A stretch of DNA of 63,022 nt, counting the filler, from Asterionella formosa (lineage: Eukaryota), in assembly GCA_002256025.1 (NCBI GenBank). It is 24 parts of 24 records of this genome, joined end to end, with 100 filler letters (N's around TTAATTAATTAA, not from the genome) between each part and the next. Parts side by side here need not be neighbours in the genome. Positions count along the whole stretch, not along the records: positions 46,736 to 48,275 come from NKIB01002008.1; positions 48,376 to 49,915 come from NKIB01002009.1; positions 50,016 to 51,555 come from NKIB01002010.1; positions 51,656 to 53,194 come from NKIB01002011.1; positions 53,295 to 54,833 come from NKIB01002012.1; positions 54,934 to 56,472 come from NKIB01002013.1; positions 56,573 to 58,111 come from NKIB01002014.1; positions 58,212 to 59,750 come from NKIB01002015.1; 16 more parts are not named here. One strand, written 5' to 3'. Below, piece after piece: positions 46,870 to 59,750 of the stretch. The translations under genes were made by a program, and so were the position numbers. Under the pieces are notes generated by a model. It was not told the origin of the DNA. It made no database searches and worked only from the letters and a program-made list of their open reading frames with translations. Within the stretch, counting starts at the first letter, position 1; every line of letters starts with the position of its first letter.

Positions 46870-48375
46870 TGCGCCAATTAATCGAGATATAGTCGATGTC
46901 GGAAGATTGGTATAGAGATGAGCGGACTACTGATTCTTGTATGACTCACGAAGCTGAAAGGTAATGTATACAGAGTACCGTAGTATATATATAACAAAAA
47001 ATAGTTGGCGCAATATTTAATAGTGTTGTGCTTGCGTATTTACAGTTATTTTATCAGTGGCAACGGACGTGATACACAGTGATCAACGGCTTGATCAGTG
47101 ATACAGCATTGGTCAGGGGTCCAAAAACTGTATCAGTGATACACCCATGATACACCGGTGATCAGACCAAAAAAACCGTTGGTGATACACAAAAAAAGAC
47201 CAAACCGCCATTTTTGTATCATATTTCGGCGATGATACACCAATGACAACAAATAACAGAATGATAAGAACGGCCCTTAAGTAAAATCAGTCAAATTCAG
47301 TCACGGCAGTGTACATTGGGGGGTCCAGGACAATGAAGTATACGGTATGCACAGACCGGTTTGAATATCTATCATGTCTTCTAAGCTATAGATTGCTACA
47401 GCAGCTATGTACACATACCCATGTACGACTGTCCTACTCATGCAACACGCATTCAAATTAAGCGGTTGTTGATGTTTGCAGCCAGGGAGTTGACGGAAAC
47501 TCCGAAGTACGAAAAGTCACGTACAAAAACGGTGTTTTATCTAAAATCGACCTCGCATCACGTTTTCCCAAAAAACCGTAAAAGAACGCGAAGTTCGCAA
47601 AAGACTGCAGATGAACGTCGTATATCCGGGTTTCCTCGTTCTTTTTCGAGCTTTGCGTTCTTTTGCGATCGTTTCGTTCGATCTCCGTCATTGTGTTAAA
47701 TATTTGTCATTAAAATCCACTGGTCAAATGGATTATGACTGCTTTTTCGAAACCAAGAACGATGCATTGAGCATGGTGTGACAACGAGTGTCAATAATAA
47801 TATGTACCAGTAATGTGTATTACCGGTATATTTTATTCCTTGAACATAATTCCGTGCTATATAGGTGTTAAATTCCTTACACCAGTAATGTTTGATATCA
47901 TCACTAATTGCAATAATTCAATTGTTATAATTGTTTCGAAGGTGAAATTGGGTATGATCTGAGTGATCTTGTCAGTTTGTTCTCTTTATGTATTGTCTGA
48001 TGCAAGTGCCGGCAGAAGGATCCACCGAACTTTCCAGATGTCATAGTCAGAATTAATGCATCTACAAAATGTTGATTAGGGATTCAACCAGTCAAAATTA
48101 GATTGATCTCTTTTGGAACATAACAGTTCAGCAATAGGATTGTCATGCTTGGGGACGACACAAATGAGATTTAGAGTTAGGAGCTAAATAAAAAATTGAA
48201 TCCCGGTGATTGCATTTTTCATCATTCTCCCTATTTTTTCGTCCTTTCGGTTGACTGAGCTATTGCGAGAAGTTGNNNNNNNNNNNNNNNNNNNNNNNNN
48301 NNNNNNNNNNNNNNNNNNNTTAATTAATTAANNNNNNNNNNNNNNNNNNNNNNNNNNNNNNNNNNNNNNNNNNNN

Positions 48376-49550
48376 CTGATGATACCAATAAATAATAGGA
48401 TTCGATAGTGATGTAGGAATAACAATACGTCAAGTATCTCCTGGATTCTTCACAAAATACATTAAATGTATATGATGAAAATTGATAGAGGGAAATTTTA
48501 ACAGATGTGTTTGGTTTGTTGATTGAGAATGAGATGAGTTGTTTGATTGAGAATCAATTGTATATCCAGCAATTGTCTATCATGTATGGAGTAATATTCC
48601 AGAGGATATTGAATATTGTCTGCCAAAATTGGATGATTGAGGGAACAGGTAAACAAAGAATCATCATCTACTTCAATTGAGAAAGTAGATATGGATGTTG
48701 ATGCCGAAAATTTCGGTCCAATATCATCCCCCACCAAAGACTCAAGCCTCGGGAGGCGAGAGATAGAATCTTTAATATTTCACATTATCAGTACCCTTCA
48801 TATTGTGAAAAGTGAGAAGATATTCTTCAATATAAATCCTCCACCGGAGAACACGCTGAGTTTCTGTGTAGGGTAATAAAGAAAAAATATCATGTTCAGT
48901 GTGAACATGTAGAACCGCATTCAATGACATAGAGCGAAATTCTTTGAAAGTTTCTTAATTGACAATCAGAAACCTTAGTAAAAAATATGGAAAGGAAAAT
49001 TACGATCAGGATAACTCATGAGTGTATCTGCAACTAACAATACTTTCATTGATGCACAAGTTTGTTGATGTATGCGTAGGTAACCATACAAATGGTCAAG
49101 TTCCATTTCAATCCTGTTTTAAGATTTGAAGACCAAAATTTGAAGTCGGTTGGAGTTTATCGATATCCCAATGAGTCAGTTTCTTTAAGAGACCATTTCA
49201 TATAGAATGGTGCTGGAGGACTTCAGCCATAACAGCATATTTCCGTATCTGTATAGTTAGGAGCTTGAATGTTCCATGTGTAAACATAATCCTTGATAGG
49301 TGTATCAAAATATAGCAAACCATTGTGCAAATGTTCTGTACGTATCATTATAGGAATGCATGACATGCAGAAAAACACTGATATATCCACCATACAGACA
49401 GGACATGGTATTTGTAAATTATTCGTCATAAAATAATCAGCTGGACAAATGAGCAAACTGGCAGAAGGTACTACAACCAGGTACTTCTGTTGCAAGATAC
49501 AAGCTGACGGATTAAATTTTGAGAGCATCATGCTGAGTACTGGCAAAGGA
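48376..49550 (-). mobile_element. Decayed Ty3/gypsy pol (RT remnant, RNase H, integrase zinc-binding start); largely missed by the ORF track
   Basis: Manual translation gives ETFKEFRSM..LHVHTEH, TQRVLRWRIYIEEY..FHNMKGTDNV, DSISRLPR, YPLEY and RIVIPTSL..IIYWYHQ. The RNase H-before-integrase order indicates gypsy. Confidence 0.85.
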
Positions 49551-50605
49551 AGAAAAAAAAGGTGGGATCATACCTGCTATGCATGGTATATATTAATTAT
49601 AAATGTACGATTTACAACGAAATGTCCTGAAGTGCAATTCATTCATAAGTTAAAGATCAGGACCCACTGCGATCAAATAATATTCATCTTATGTCATGCA
49701 TATACAACGCAGCCACCAATGCTTGGGTTGCTTATGACATGGGAATGAAATGCAATTAAGCTTTGCATTTTAAAATATCCCGTGTTAAAATAGCGGTGAT
49801 ATCCAACCTGTAATTATCCTGTAAATAACAAAAGTTATTCAGGTAATGATTGACGTAAGACATATTCAATGTGCTGTCGCTCATAAATATATATACATAT
49901 GTATATTATTAAAATNNNNNNNNNNNNNNNNNNNNNNNNNNNNNNNNNNNNNNNNNNNNTTAATTAATTAANNNNNNNNNNNNNNNNNNNNNNNNNNNNN
50001 NNNNNNNNNNNNNNNCTTCTATTAATTTCCATCACGATCCAAGTCGTAGAGTCTACACAAGTTAATACCGTTGTAGGATTAGGTACAAATGGGTACACAC
50101 ACTTGGAATTACTATTGATGCCATCACAAAACTCGGGCGCACCGGTGCACCAAAAACAGAAATTGTATTGATCATAGAAACTGTTTGAACCTACAACTAA
50201 ATATCTTTTAATATTGCTAATTACGTTTTAGACTACGGAGAAAACGGTGGTGAAGGTGGTTTGCTCGCAGTGTTGGATTATCAAAAAAGGTCCGATGTCT
50301 TGTACTCCCCTCTAAGTAAAATCAGTTGTGGCTGTGTACATGGAGGGGTACGAGACACCAGTTTGGGTAGGGGGGCCCAGGACAACGAAGAGATTTAACA
50401 TTCTTACATGACCATCACTCTGGTAAGTACAACACAGTGCACTTCTACATATTGATGTCACAGTACTAACAAATTCATTCTCATACCAGTTTCCATCTAT
50501 AGGATTAGTCATACTTAGAAGGGCTGGATGCTCTATAGGGATGACGCCTAGAGGCGTCGTCCCTTTGCCCTAACAATAACAGTTGATTAAAAGAAATGGT
50601 GAGAT

Positions 50606-51555
50606 CTAAGCAGAACAAGTCTTGCCAATTACACAAGAGCTGCTGCAGTTGCAAATCAGTGGTGGGCAAAAATAAATGCCCTGTATTGTACCAATATTAC
50701 ATGCTTCTGTTGGAACTGTCCCTGCAAAATTATTACTGTCAAGAGAAAATATGGCTGTCAAGAAAGTGAAATTTTAGAACAAATGGTCAAGAAATATAAG
50801 TTTCAGATAAGCAAAACTTACTCAATGAAGACATTAGACCAATTTCTGTGGGAATTGCACCAGTAAACATATTGGAATGAATCAGAAAATTACCGAGAAT
50901 TGTCAAATTACCAATTTCTTTGGGAAGTACACCAATCAATTGATTATCAAATAGATACAATTCTGTTAGACTTGTCAAGAGTCCAATCTCTGTAGGAAGT
51001 GTACCAATGAAAGAATTGTTAAACAACGATAGAAGTGTGAGACTTGTCAAGAGTCCAATCTCTGTAGGAAGTGTGCCATTGAAAGTATTGCTGGGCAAAT
51101 CTAGAGAAGTAAGACTTGTCAAGTGTCCAATCTCTGCGGGAAGTGTGCCAGTGAAGGTATTGTCATACAAATATAGAGAAGTGAGTCTTGTCAAGTTTCC
51201 AATCTCTGTCGGAAGTGTGCCATAGAAAGTATTGTTATACAAATATAGTTCAGTGAGACTTGTCAAGAGTCCAATCTCTGTGGGAAGTGTGCCATCGAAA
51301 GAATTGTCAAACAAAGACAGATAAGTGAGTCTTGTCAAGTTTCCAATCTCTGTTGGAAGTGTGCCATTGAAAGTATTGTTTTAAAAATCTAGATAAGTTA
51401 GACTTGTCAAGTGTCCAATCTCTGCGGGAAGTGTGCCAGTGAAAGAATTGTCATACAAATATAGAGAAGTGAGTCTTGTCAAGTTTCCAATCTCTGGCGG
51501 AAGTGTGCCATCGAAAGTATTGTTATACAAATATAGGTCAGTGAGACTTGTCAAG
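50606..51555 (-). pseudogene. Plant-type 24-aa LRR protein (72-bp tandem units), 5'-partial, with an in-frame TAA at 51381-51383; intron 50755-50821
   Basis: About 10 repeats of LTxLxLxxNxFxGTLPTEIGxLTSL. A GT..AG intron leads to TIFSLDSNNFAGTVPTEAC and a Cys-rich cap. Further exons are possible at 50015-50510. Confidence 0.85.
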
Positions 51556-51655
51556 NNNNNNNNNNNNNNNNNNNNNNNNNNNNNNNNNNNNNNNNNNNNT
51601 TAATTAATTAANNNNNNNNNNNNNNNNNNNNNNNNNNNNNNNNNNNNNNNNNNNN

Positions 51656-52310
51656 TTGATTTGTATAGTCATTGACCATGATGTCAATATTGCCGTCAAG
51701 CAATGTTTTTCTTGTACCAACGCACTTTGCTACCTTTCAACTATAAGGGAGTATTACAAGCTACATATCAATATTCAGCTAGTGGGAGTCGATAGTGCTG
51801 GAGCAGCCATGCGATCACGCTTGCTCAGAATGGAACGGAACGATCAGGGTTGTTTGGAGGTAGGAAGGACAACTGTGCTGGGCGGAAGCACTCCTGCTAC
51901 TTGTTTCAGGCTACTACAGCTATGTGCATGGTTGCGGCAACCAGATCATCTACACTATATAACAATGTAAATCTCCATAAGGTTCAGCTTTTTTCTTCTT
52001 CTCTGTATTATTTCGGTCTTCGATTGTGTGATGGAAAGTCAATGATGCCTGTGTCTCCACTGAAACAACTATTTTTTTTGCTTCATTTCTATCCCAAAAC
52101 AATATTTTCTTTTCTCATTTGATGCTACTTATTACAATGCATTTCATAGTACTTTGGTTGCTCCAAACTTCATGTTCAATTTTCATTGATGTTGCATGCT
52201 CGTCTTGCTAAAATAGGCAATTTTAATGCCGAAAAATTCGATGTGCCCCATATTGCCCCTAATTAAAAATTAATACAAAGAAATAATTTAGAGCCTAAAA
52301 ATTACTTAAA
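51656..52310. repeat. Inverted copy of the dispersed repeat at 5735-6448
   Basis: Colinear reverse-complement similarity over ~650 bp. Confidence 0.85.
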
Positions 52311-52344
52311 AGGTGGGGAATTTTAGGTTAAATTAATTGCCCCT

Positions 52345-52504
52345 GAGGGTCATTTTAGGTTATTCCGCACCTAAAATTCAGGAAATGATTGAGAATATTT
52401 TCTCGTCCTACAGACAAATGTTGGTACAAGGCTACAGACGAAGTTAAACTTCCTTTTCAGTTCTTGGAATTTTAGGTGCGGGAAAACCTAATAATGACTC
52501 CCTG
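52345..52504. mobile_element. ~160-bp MITE-like element with long imperfect TIRs
   Basis: GTCATTTTAGGTTATTCCGCACCTAAAATTC ... GAATTTTAGGTGCGGGAAAACCTAATAATGAC, ending CCCTG. Confidence 0.6.
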
Positions 52505-53293
52505 CATTCAATACTTTTGTACAGTGTAAAACGGATGACGGATTCTGATGGTTCATACCATACTTAGCTTGAGGTCGGTACGTGATGCATTGGATGTACC
52601 GGTACCAGGCAACAGGTACCTGATAGGCACCTGACATCGAGCATTGATGTACCGGTAGATAAATAGAGAATTATACTTGACGGTACTTATGACTTACTAT
52701 GATATTATGGATTATCAATACCGGTACGAGGTACCAGGTACCTGGTACCTGATGGATGCGCATACATACATGTCAGTACGTACCGGTGTGTTGTAGAATC
52801 TTGTAGGCATGAACTTTTCTTTGTCCTTGTCATTAAATATTGCGAAACCATATGATCGGTCTACATTTTGCCACGGCTCACCTTTGTCATTGCTAGCTAC
52901 GGATGTGCTCATTTGTATGAAGCGATGATCGATCATCGCAGCAATCAACCGAAGTCCATGCTGTCTCGTCAATCTCTGAAATACTAGCTAGTAGTATGCA
53001 GTAAAATTGCGGGTGAACTTTGGGTTGTGGTATCTTGTGACAGTTGCATGTTGGTAATGCGACCACCATTCTAACAGCTCGTTGCATGTGTGGATGTGAT
53101 TTTAAAATAGAATGTTGATGACTAGATATCATGACAGCCATGAAAATGTTCGTTTGATTATGTAGTCGTCTGATTTATTCTGTTTACCATCCATNNNNNN
53201 NNNNNNNNNNNNNNNNNNNNNNNNNNNNNNNNNNNNNNTTAATTAATTAANNNNNNNNNNNNNNNNNNNNNNNNNNNNNNNNNNNNNNNNNNN

Positions 53294-54410
53294 NTATCTG
53301 CAATCCACACATTTGGATCCATCAATATTGCTTGATCAGTAGGAAATGTCATTCCACACAATAGAAATTCAACTCTTGATCCATTATCAACTGCCGATGC
53401 TGCAGTTTCTGCACTTCTGGATTTAAAACCCTCTGGCCTTTTATGTTAATTTTCTTCCTTCTCCCAACAATTTGCTTCTTTGTGCCCAACTTTTCCACAG
53501 TTGTTACATTTTCCATTGAACTTATCACCATTTCCTTTAGGTCTTGTTCCTTTTTCATCTTTATGCTCTTTATCTGGACACTTATTGGCTTTATGTCCCT
53601 TTTTCTTGCAATTATAGCAAACACCTCCAAATGCACTCAATGATATTTCAGCAGCATCATTGCCATCATTAGTCTTTGGGGTTTTCCCTTGCCTCCAAAA
53701 TTGATTCATCGCAGTCTCTAAATCATTTAAAGTTAGCTTATCACCGCGAAGTCTCTGTTCCAATGTAAGTACTGCATGATATTCTTCTGGTGCTGCATCA
53801 AGTATGACAGCAATCAAATCACCTTCATCTAGCTATCTTGACCCCTGGAGCATTGTATTGATTCTCAATACTACTCACTTGCTCAAACAATGTAGCAGGG
53901 TCTTGGTTTTTCTTCATGGCCACTTTATTGAGCTTGCTTCTGCCTGAGCTCAACTCTTGTAATTGTGTCTTGAGGTCGATACTTCTTGTTCAGAGCTTCC
54001 ATTACTAAATAAGCAAGCCCACCTGGCCACTCTGGAGTCATCGCCTTGTACACCAATCCCATTGTTCCTTCAGATGTGAAAGCCATTGACAAATTAGCCA
54101 TAGCTACACCATTTCTCCTGATGGCCAGCCAATGCTTTCAACCTGCCATCATCAGTTGTTTCATCAATCAACTCATCTTCTCTTGCTGGCATCATAGCCT
54201 GTGGAGCTAATGCCTCAGCAAATCTGCTAACAGTGGCAAATGCTCTAAATCGAGTATTCCACATTTGAAATTTCTTGTGGCTGGTCTCCATCAAACATTG
54301 GAAGTCTCACACTCATCTTGTCACTATCGCTCCTTGGATCCATCCATTGTGACTTAGTACAAACTTTTGTTTTCTTTCTTTCACCGACAATCAGCCTCTG
54401 GGTCCTAACC
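53294..54410 (-). mobile_element. Ty1/copia gag (two CCHC knuckles) and protease start, pseudogenised; PBS-like motif at 54398-54410
   Basis: CYNCKKKGHKANKC and CNNCGKVGHKEANC, then VWIAD at the contig edge. N-terminus RLPMFDG..FQMWNTRFRAFA. Contains stops and frameshifts; GGTTAGGACCCAG lies upstream. Confidence 0.88.
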
Positions 54411-55018
54411 TTTATACTTCGAAGTATGTTGAAGGGCTCCAAAGACTAGTACCTTAGTATTCAAGTCAGCAAGGTTTCTCAGATTGTGAACTAATTGTAA
54501 TTATATCTAAACCTTCAATCCTGCCAACTGGTCCTGCCAAACTTAATCCTGTCAAATTCAATCTTACCAAATACAATTCAAGACTTCTACTCCAACTAAT
54601 TTTGATCCCACTGTCAGTCCCATGAAACATTTCACGACTTGACTCATCAGACTCTCAACGTCACCCGGAGTCTTTATAGCCTCCAACATACTACCCGTAG
54701 TAAGGTAATGTTCATAAGGTAGATGAACATTTTCTTCTCTTGCAGCAGCATATCTTCTGTTCAGCTCCTCAGTATGGCAAGCTCGTTCCCTTATATTGTA
54801 AGCAGAGAAATTGCCGGATGTCTCAGCATAGCANNNNNNNNNNNNNNNNNNNNNNNNNNNNNNNNNNNNNNNNNNNNTTAATTAATTAANNNNNNNNNNN
54901 NNNNNNNNNNNNNNNNNNNNNNNNNNNNNNNNNGTAAACAATCAGTGACAAAGGACGTACAATAACTTTGAGGAGCTCTTGCGGATTAGATATTAGTAAC
55001 AATTTTCCGTTGTATAGC

Positions 55019-55857
55019 TTAGTTCCACCATCCCTTTCCACCGGTACGGAAATCGTCCTCAGACCAGGTAGAGAAAATGATCTTGTCCTCAGCGTCAACA
55101 TCGCAGTGGGCAAGAGCAAGGGGGAGGGGGGCAGGTCCACGGACAACATGTCCGTCAGGGGCGTATTGAGATCCGTGGCAAGGGCACTGGAACTTGTTGG
55201 CAGCAGAAGACCATGGGACAACGCAACCCAAATGAGTGCAGACTGTTCGTGGAGGGGCGTGTGGAGCACATGGTGAGGTCGTGCTAGGTGTGCGCAACAG
55301 CAGCGCAATGCCAATATCTGCCGAGGTCTAGAACTTACCGGCGTTAAGACCATAGGATTCAAGGGTTTTGTCTTCCTTGACAATAAGGTAGCTATGGAGA
55401 AAGGGGCGTAGTGGGAGCAGAATGTCAGCACTATGAATCATAAAATAAAAGCCAGCCTCAAAAGCAGGCCTCTGCTCTGAGCTCCAATAAAAACTCACGT
55501 GGCATCTCCCTTGAGGCCTTGGGCAAGCGAGTGGTCGCCGGCAGGATGAGACTCGAGGTAAGCCTTGGAGAAAAGGTCATTCCCAAGAGCATCCTTCGCA
55601 GTGACTCCTCCACCTCCACCTCCCGCTCCCGGAGGGTAGAAGAAGGCAACGAAAGGAACAGCAAGTCCTCCGATAGTAACAGCGGCGGAACCAACAAGGA
55701 TGAGGTTCATCGTAAATCGGCGTTCCTCGTCGATGTAAAATTCCTCAGCGGCAGCCATCTTGGCAATGGTCACGCCCCGTGTTCCCATAGGGGCAGGGGC
55801 GAAAGCGGCGGTCGAACCGGCGACGAAAAGTCCAACAACAACAGACAGGAGCTTCAT
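55019..55857 (-). CDS. petC: Cytochrome b6f Rieske Fe-S subunit, nucleus-encoded; exons 55857-55499, 55391-55339 and 55242-55019
   Basis: The spliced product reads [36 protein letters not shown]...[10 protein letters not shown]...[11 protein letters not shown]...DFRTG..GWWN. GT..AG introns of 107 and 96 nt. A signal peptide followed by AAF-AP is the bipartite plastid-targeting motif of stramenopiles. Confidence 0.97.
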
Positions 55858-55994
55858 GGTGATTAGAAGTTGAATATGCATACGTCGGGTGTTCGGCTTT
55901 CGCTGGGTGGAATGCACGGATTTTCTCTGCTCTCCTTAACAACCACGCACGCACGTTGCAAATCATTTTGGGGTTCAGGATTCTTCGAGTACGA

Positions 55995-56472
55995 TGGTAC
56001 TCCCTATGTACATACCGGTAGTACCAGTATGTATGTATGGATCCTACACGGTGCGTACGTCATCTTCAATCATCAAGCATACGTAAGATAGCTACATATC
56101 ATTGTCCTGGTACCGGTACCAGGTACCTGGTACCCTAGTACAATCAGGTACCTGGTACCTTTTACCAGGTACCAGGTACCATGCAGCATGATGCACAATC
56201 ATACATTCCATCTTGGTACCAGAGGTACCAAAGGTACCCTGGTACCAGATACCAGTACCGGTACGCGTGGTGGAGTGCCTGGCACTCTTCAACAAGCATA
56301 TGATATCGGGTACCAGTAGACTACACTGGTCCCTGGAAGGTATTTATTCTACATACCTTCTGCTCATATACCGGTATGCCAACTACCGGTAAACATGCAG
56401 GCTGGCTGGTGGTTAAGACTACCGGTATCAGTACTGTCACCTGGTACCAGGTGGAGTACCGGGTACCAGGTA
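55995..56472. repeat. Densest GGTACC/TACCGGTA array, directly upstream of petC
   Basis: For example CCTGGTACCGGTACCAGGTACCTGGTACCC at 56106-56135. Similar tracts at 14435, 21878, 52595-52790, 56798, 60480-60630, 61755 and 62050-62275. Confidence 0.88.
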
Positions 56473-57872
56473 NNNNNNNNNNNNNNNNNNNNNNNNNNNN
56501 NNNNNNNNNNNNNNNNTTAATTAATTAANNNNNNNNNNNNNNNNNNNNNNNNNNNNNNNNNNNNNNNNNNNNACAATCTTCCAATGTCACCATTCTTCAG
56601 GAGGACAAACTCTCCACAATGTATATTCATGGAAATTAAATTAAAAATATAGACTTTTGTGTTAATAATAAAAGCATCTACTGCTCCTTGATTCGCAACG
56701 GTACTATTAGTTGAATTGCTTCCATTACCAAGAACAACCATGGCTTTCTGTTTGTTGCAACAAACCGGCTTGGGTGGTGCAAGTCATCGTCATGCTACTG
56801 GTACCCTGGTACCTGGTACCATACCACCAACATCCTAGGTTTGGTCATCAAAATTAGGGGGGTCATTGAAAACGCCTGATTTTAATTTTTGACTATAGAA
56901 GAAAGTGAAGAAATATATTCAAATATTCCTTAAATAACCATTGGCCTACATGACATTCCCGTAGAAGACATACTGGGGGATAATTTCCATCCATCACTAG
57001 GACTGGTACCAGGAACACCAGTTACGAGGGTAGAGTGTCACAGATGACATGTGTACAGCCAAATTGGCTTCTTGTCTTTTTGCTTGGTGACGCTGTTTCC
57101 TGATAATCGCCCAAACACACATGATACTTACGAAATTCGCAACTAAGTCTATAAACACAGATGCCATCAGGACAAATGATACAGCATATGTAAAATGCAA
57201 TGAGAAAACAACTACCAGAAAAAATGCCGGTCGTCCGGTTTATTCCCCTCAGACGATCAAACTTCACTCCAAGCAAGTTCAACATCGAAGTTCTACATAT
57301 ACACTGTGTTAAATTATTAATTTGTAATGAACGTGAAGTTCAGACTTTGTCCGTAGAACCGGCCTACCATCCGAACATTTCTACGACAACCGGAATATAG
57401 TGTTCATGAAATGTCTGATGATACTTCCAATTTTCCTTGTTCCGAGTGGGCTTGCGCTACACCACTAGTCGGAGTACCAGTTTCATTTCTGCTGTGCTCG
57501 CTTGAATTATATACAGAATTGTGCGTGATACTACCGGTAGTGTGTTTCAGGAGTTTGCACACACAAGAACCATTACAATGATGTAAATCATTTAACACCG
57601 CTTCCAACGTGACATTATACTTGTTATATACATATACATGTCACGTCGATTAGACAATTCATTACCACATCGCTTGGCTGCAAACATTTTCAGGAATGTT
57701 TGGGAGAATCGCAAAACTTTTTCATTTCCTCGCAAATATATATTATCGGGTAAGAAACTCGGAACGACAGCAACAAGCAAAACATTTGACAGCACCTACA
57801 TACAAATCAGCATCCCAAAGTTCTCTATCACTGAAAGGGACGGAGCATAGAAAAAGATTTTGTCTAAGCAAG

Positions 57873-58111
57873 ATGGATATTTTAAACATAACCAATGAAC
57901 GTCCTTCTGATGTCTGCACCTCTGTTCCAATTGAAGACGTAAGGCTGTCTCTTTTCAAAATGATTTGTGGTGATAGCGAGTATTTAGGAAAATGCAATCA
58001 GTTTGGACAACGAGACGTAAGGCTGTCTCGTTTCAAAATGATTTGTGGTGATGGCGAGTACGCAGGAGAATGGAATCAGTTTGGACAACGAGAAGGGCGC
58101 GGGATCATGAA
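57873..58111 (+). CDS. 5' end of a MORN-repeat protein with a 78-bp in-frame tandem duplication, partial
   Basis: GEYAGEWNQFGQREGRGIM is a MORN unit. 57936-58013 and 58014-58091 are near-identical. Confidence 0.6.
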
Positions 58112-58211
58112 NNNNNNNNNNNNNNNNNNNNNNNNNNNNNNNNNNNNNNNNNNNNTTAATTAATTAANNNNNNNNNNNNNNNNNNNNNNNNNNNNNNNNN
58201 NNNNNNNNNNN

Positions 58212-59750
58212 CATATAAGTCCATCCCAATTCTTTCAAATCGAACTGTTTTGTCTGGCAAATGAACAATGAATGCATCTTCTTTCTCAGAGTCATAGGTA
58301 ATTCTGTACCTATCTGCCATTTCGGCATAACTGAAGATATTTGTGATAGCCTTTTCATTAAACCATACTTCTCCCCATTCTGGAAGATCAGCCTTCATAT
58401 TAGTTACCATGGATCCACCATTTGTGGCCAGGTGCATGCTTCCGTTGGTTGACATTCGAATGTTATTAACCATTTTTGGATTGCAAAAGACTGTGACACT
58501 TGATTGATTATCCAATAGTATCCAGTCACGCATCTCAGATGCTTGGTAAAATTGTAGTTTCATATGAGCTCCCGTCCATCCAAATTGATTGGCATTTGCT
58601 TGTTGTGAAGCTTGTGATGACGGCGGGTTGTTGGAATTAACAGAGGTAACTGTACTCGTGTCGGATGTATTAGCCTGTGCCTGTGCATGGCTTTGGGCCT
58701 TGTTGATAGCCCATTCCTCTTTGGGTTTATTCTTGTCTCGGCACGAAGGGGATTTGTGACCTGCTTTTCCACAGCAGTAACATTTTCCTTCTAACTGTGC
58801 AAACGATAAGTTCACGTCTTCGTCTTCCCTGCCTGCATCCTTCTGTTTCCTCTCTTTATCATTATCTCCTGGTTTCTTGTAGTTGGATATATTTGTTACA
58901 TCAAACCGATGGTTGCTGAGAACATTATTTGATTCGGTGATGGTCTTCGGGTATTGATTGTTGCCGAGTGATTGTTGAGTGTTCAGCCCGGTCATAGTTG
59001 AACCGTATTTAGCTTTATCGGCATTATCGAGATATAAATATGCCATAAATTGACTGAAAGCTTGTTCGCGAAATTTATCTCGTTGTTTGATGTCATTCTC
59101 ATTGTATCCATCCATGGCTTCAACGAACTTGGTGAGGATAATGGGTCCTCCCATGTGTGACTTGAGCACATCTCGTGCCACACGAAATCTCTTGGTGTAG
59201 TCTTGTAGACTTTCTCCTTCTTTCTGCTTTGTAAATAAAAGCGTTTTCATCGCATCTAAAATGATCGACATAGAATATCGATTCTCTTGAAAATTTAATG
59301 CGTGTTCTTTAATTGCCATAAGCAATGTTATTGGGTTATTTTTGATCCTATTGTAATCGGATCTCGCTTCAATCTTGTTCTTCATGGCTTTGTTGCATCT
59401 TTCCCAGAGCAACGCATATGCCTTGGTATTATTATTTTCGTAGGCCTGTACCCTTTTACTGTAGGTGTCATAGTCAGCCTTGAACTCAATCTCATATTGT
59501 CGATTCTCTGCAGCGCGATCTTCTTCTGTTGTTGCAATGCTCACTTGCATTCTTGGCTTCCATGCCAATGTGCTCATTGGTTCTAATAACTCGAGCGCGG
59601 TTCCTATGTCGTTGCCATAGTCGAACACTTTCTTGATATGATTGATGAGGTACTCAGTAGTAGTCTCATAATCAGATGCCTGCTTCGATGATCCGAGGTA
59701 GTAGTTATAGTCATTGACTGACTTCTTGATTGATTGAGAAGCAATATTGC
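58212..59750 (-). mobile_element. Ty1/copia (CoDi-like) gag-protease region, uninterrupted
   Basis: QKEGESLQDYTKRF, zinc knuckle CYCCGKAGHKSPSC, protease-like WILLDNQSSVTVFCN and VWFNEKAITNIFS. Confidence 0.9.

Noticed and set aside
50822..51555. 72-bp periodic repeats as a possible CRISPR array
   Set aside because: The period is a multiple of 3 and encodes 24-aa LRRs. There are no unique spacers and no cas genes.
55858..55917. Longer petC N-terminus given by the ORF track (MHSTQRK...)
   Set aside because: The signal peptide plus AAF-AP motif begins at the ATG at 55857, so the upstream in-frame sequence is most likely 5' UTR.
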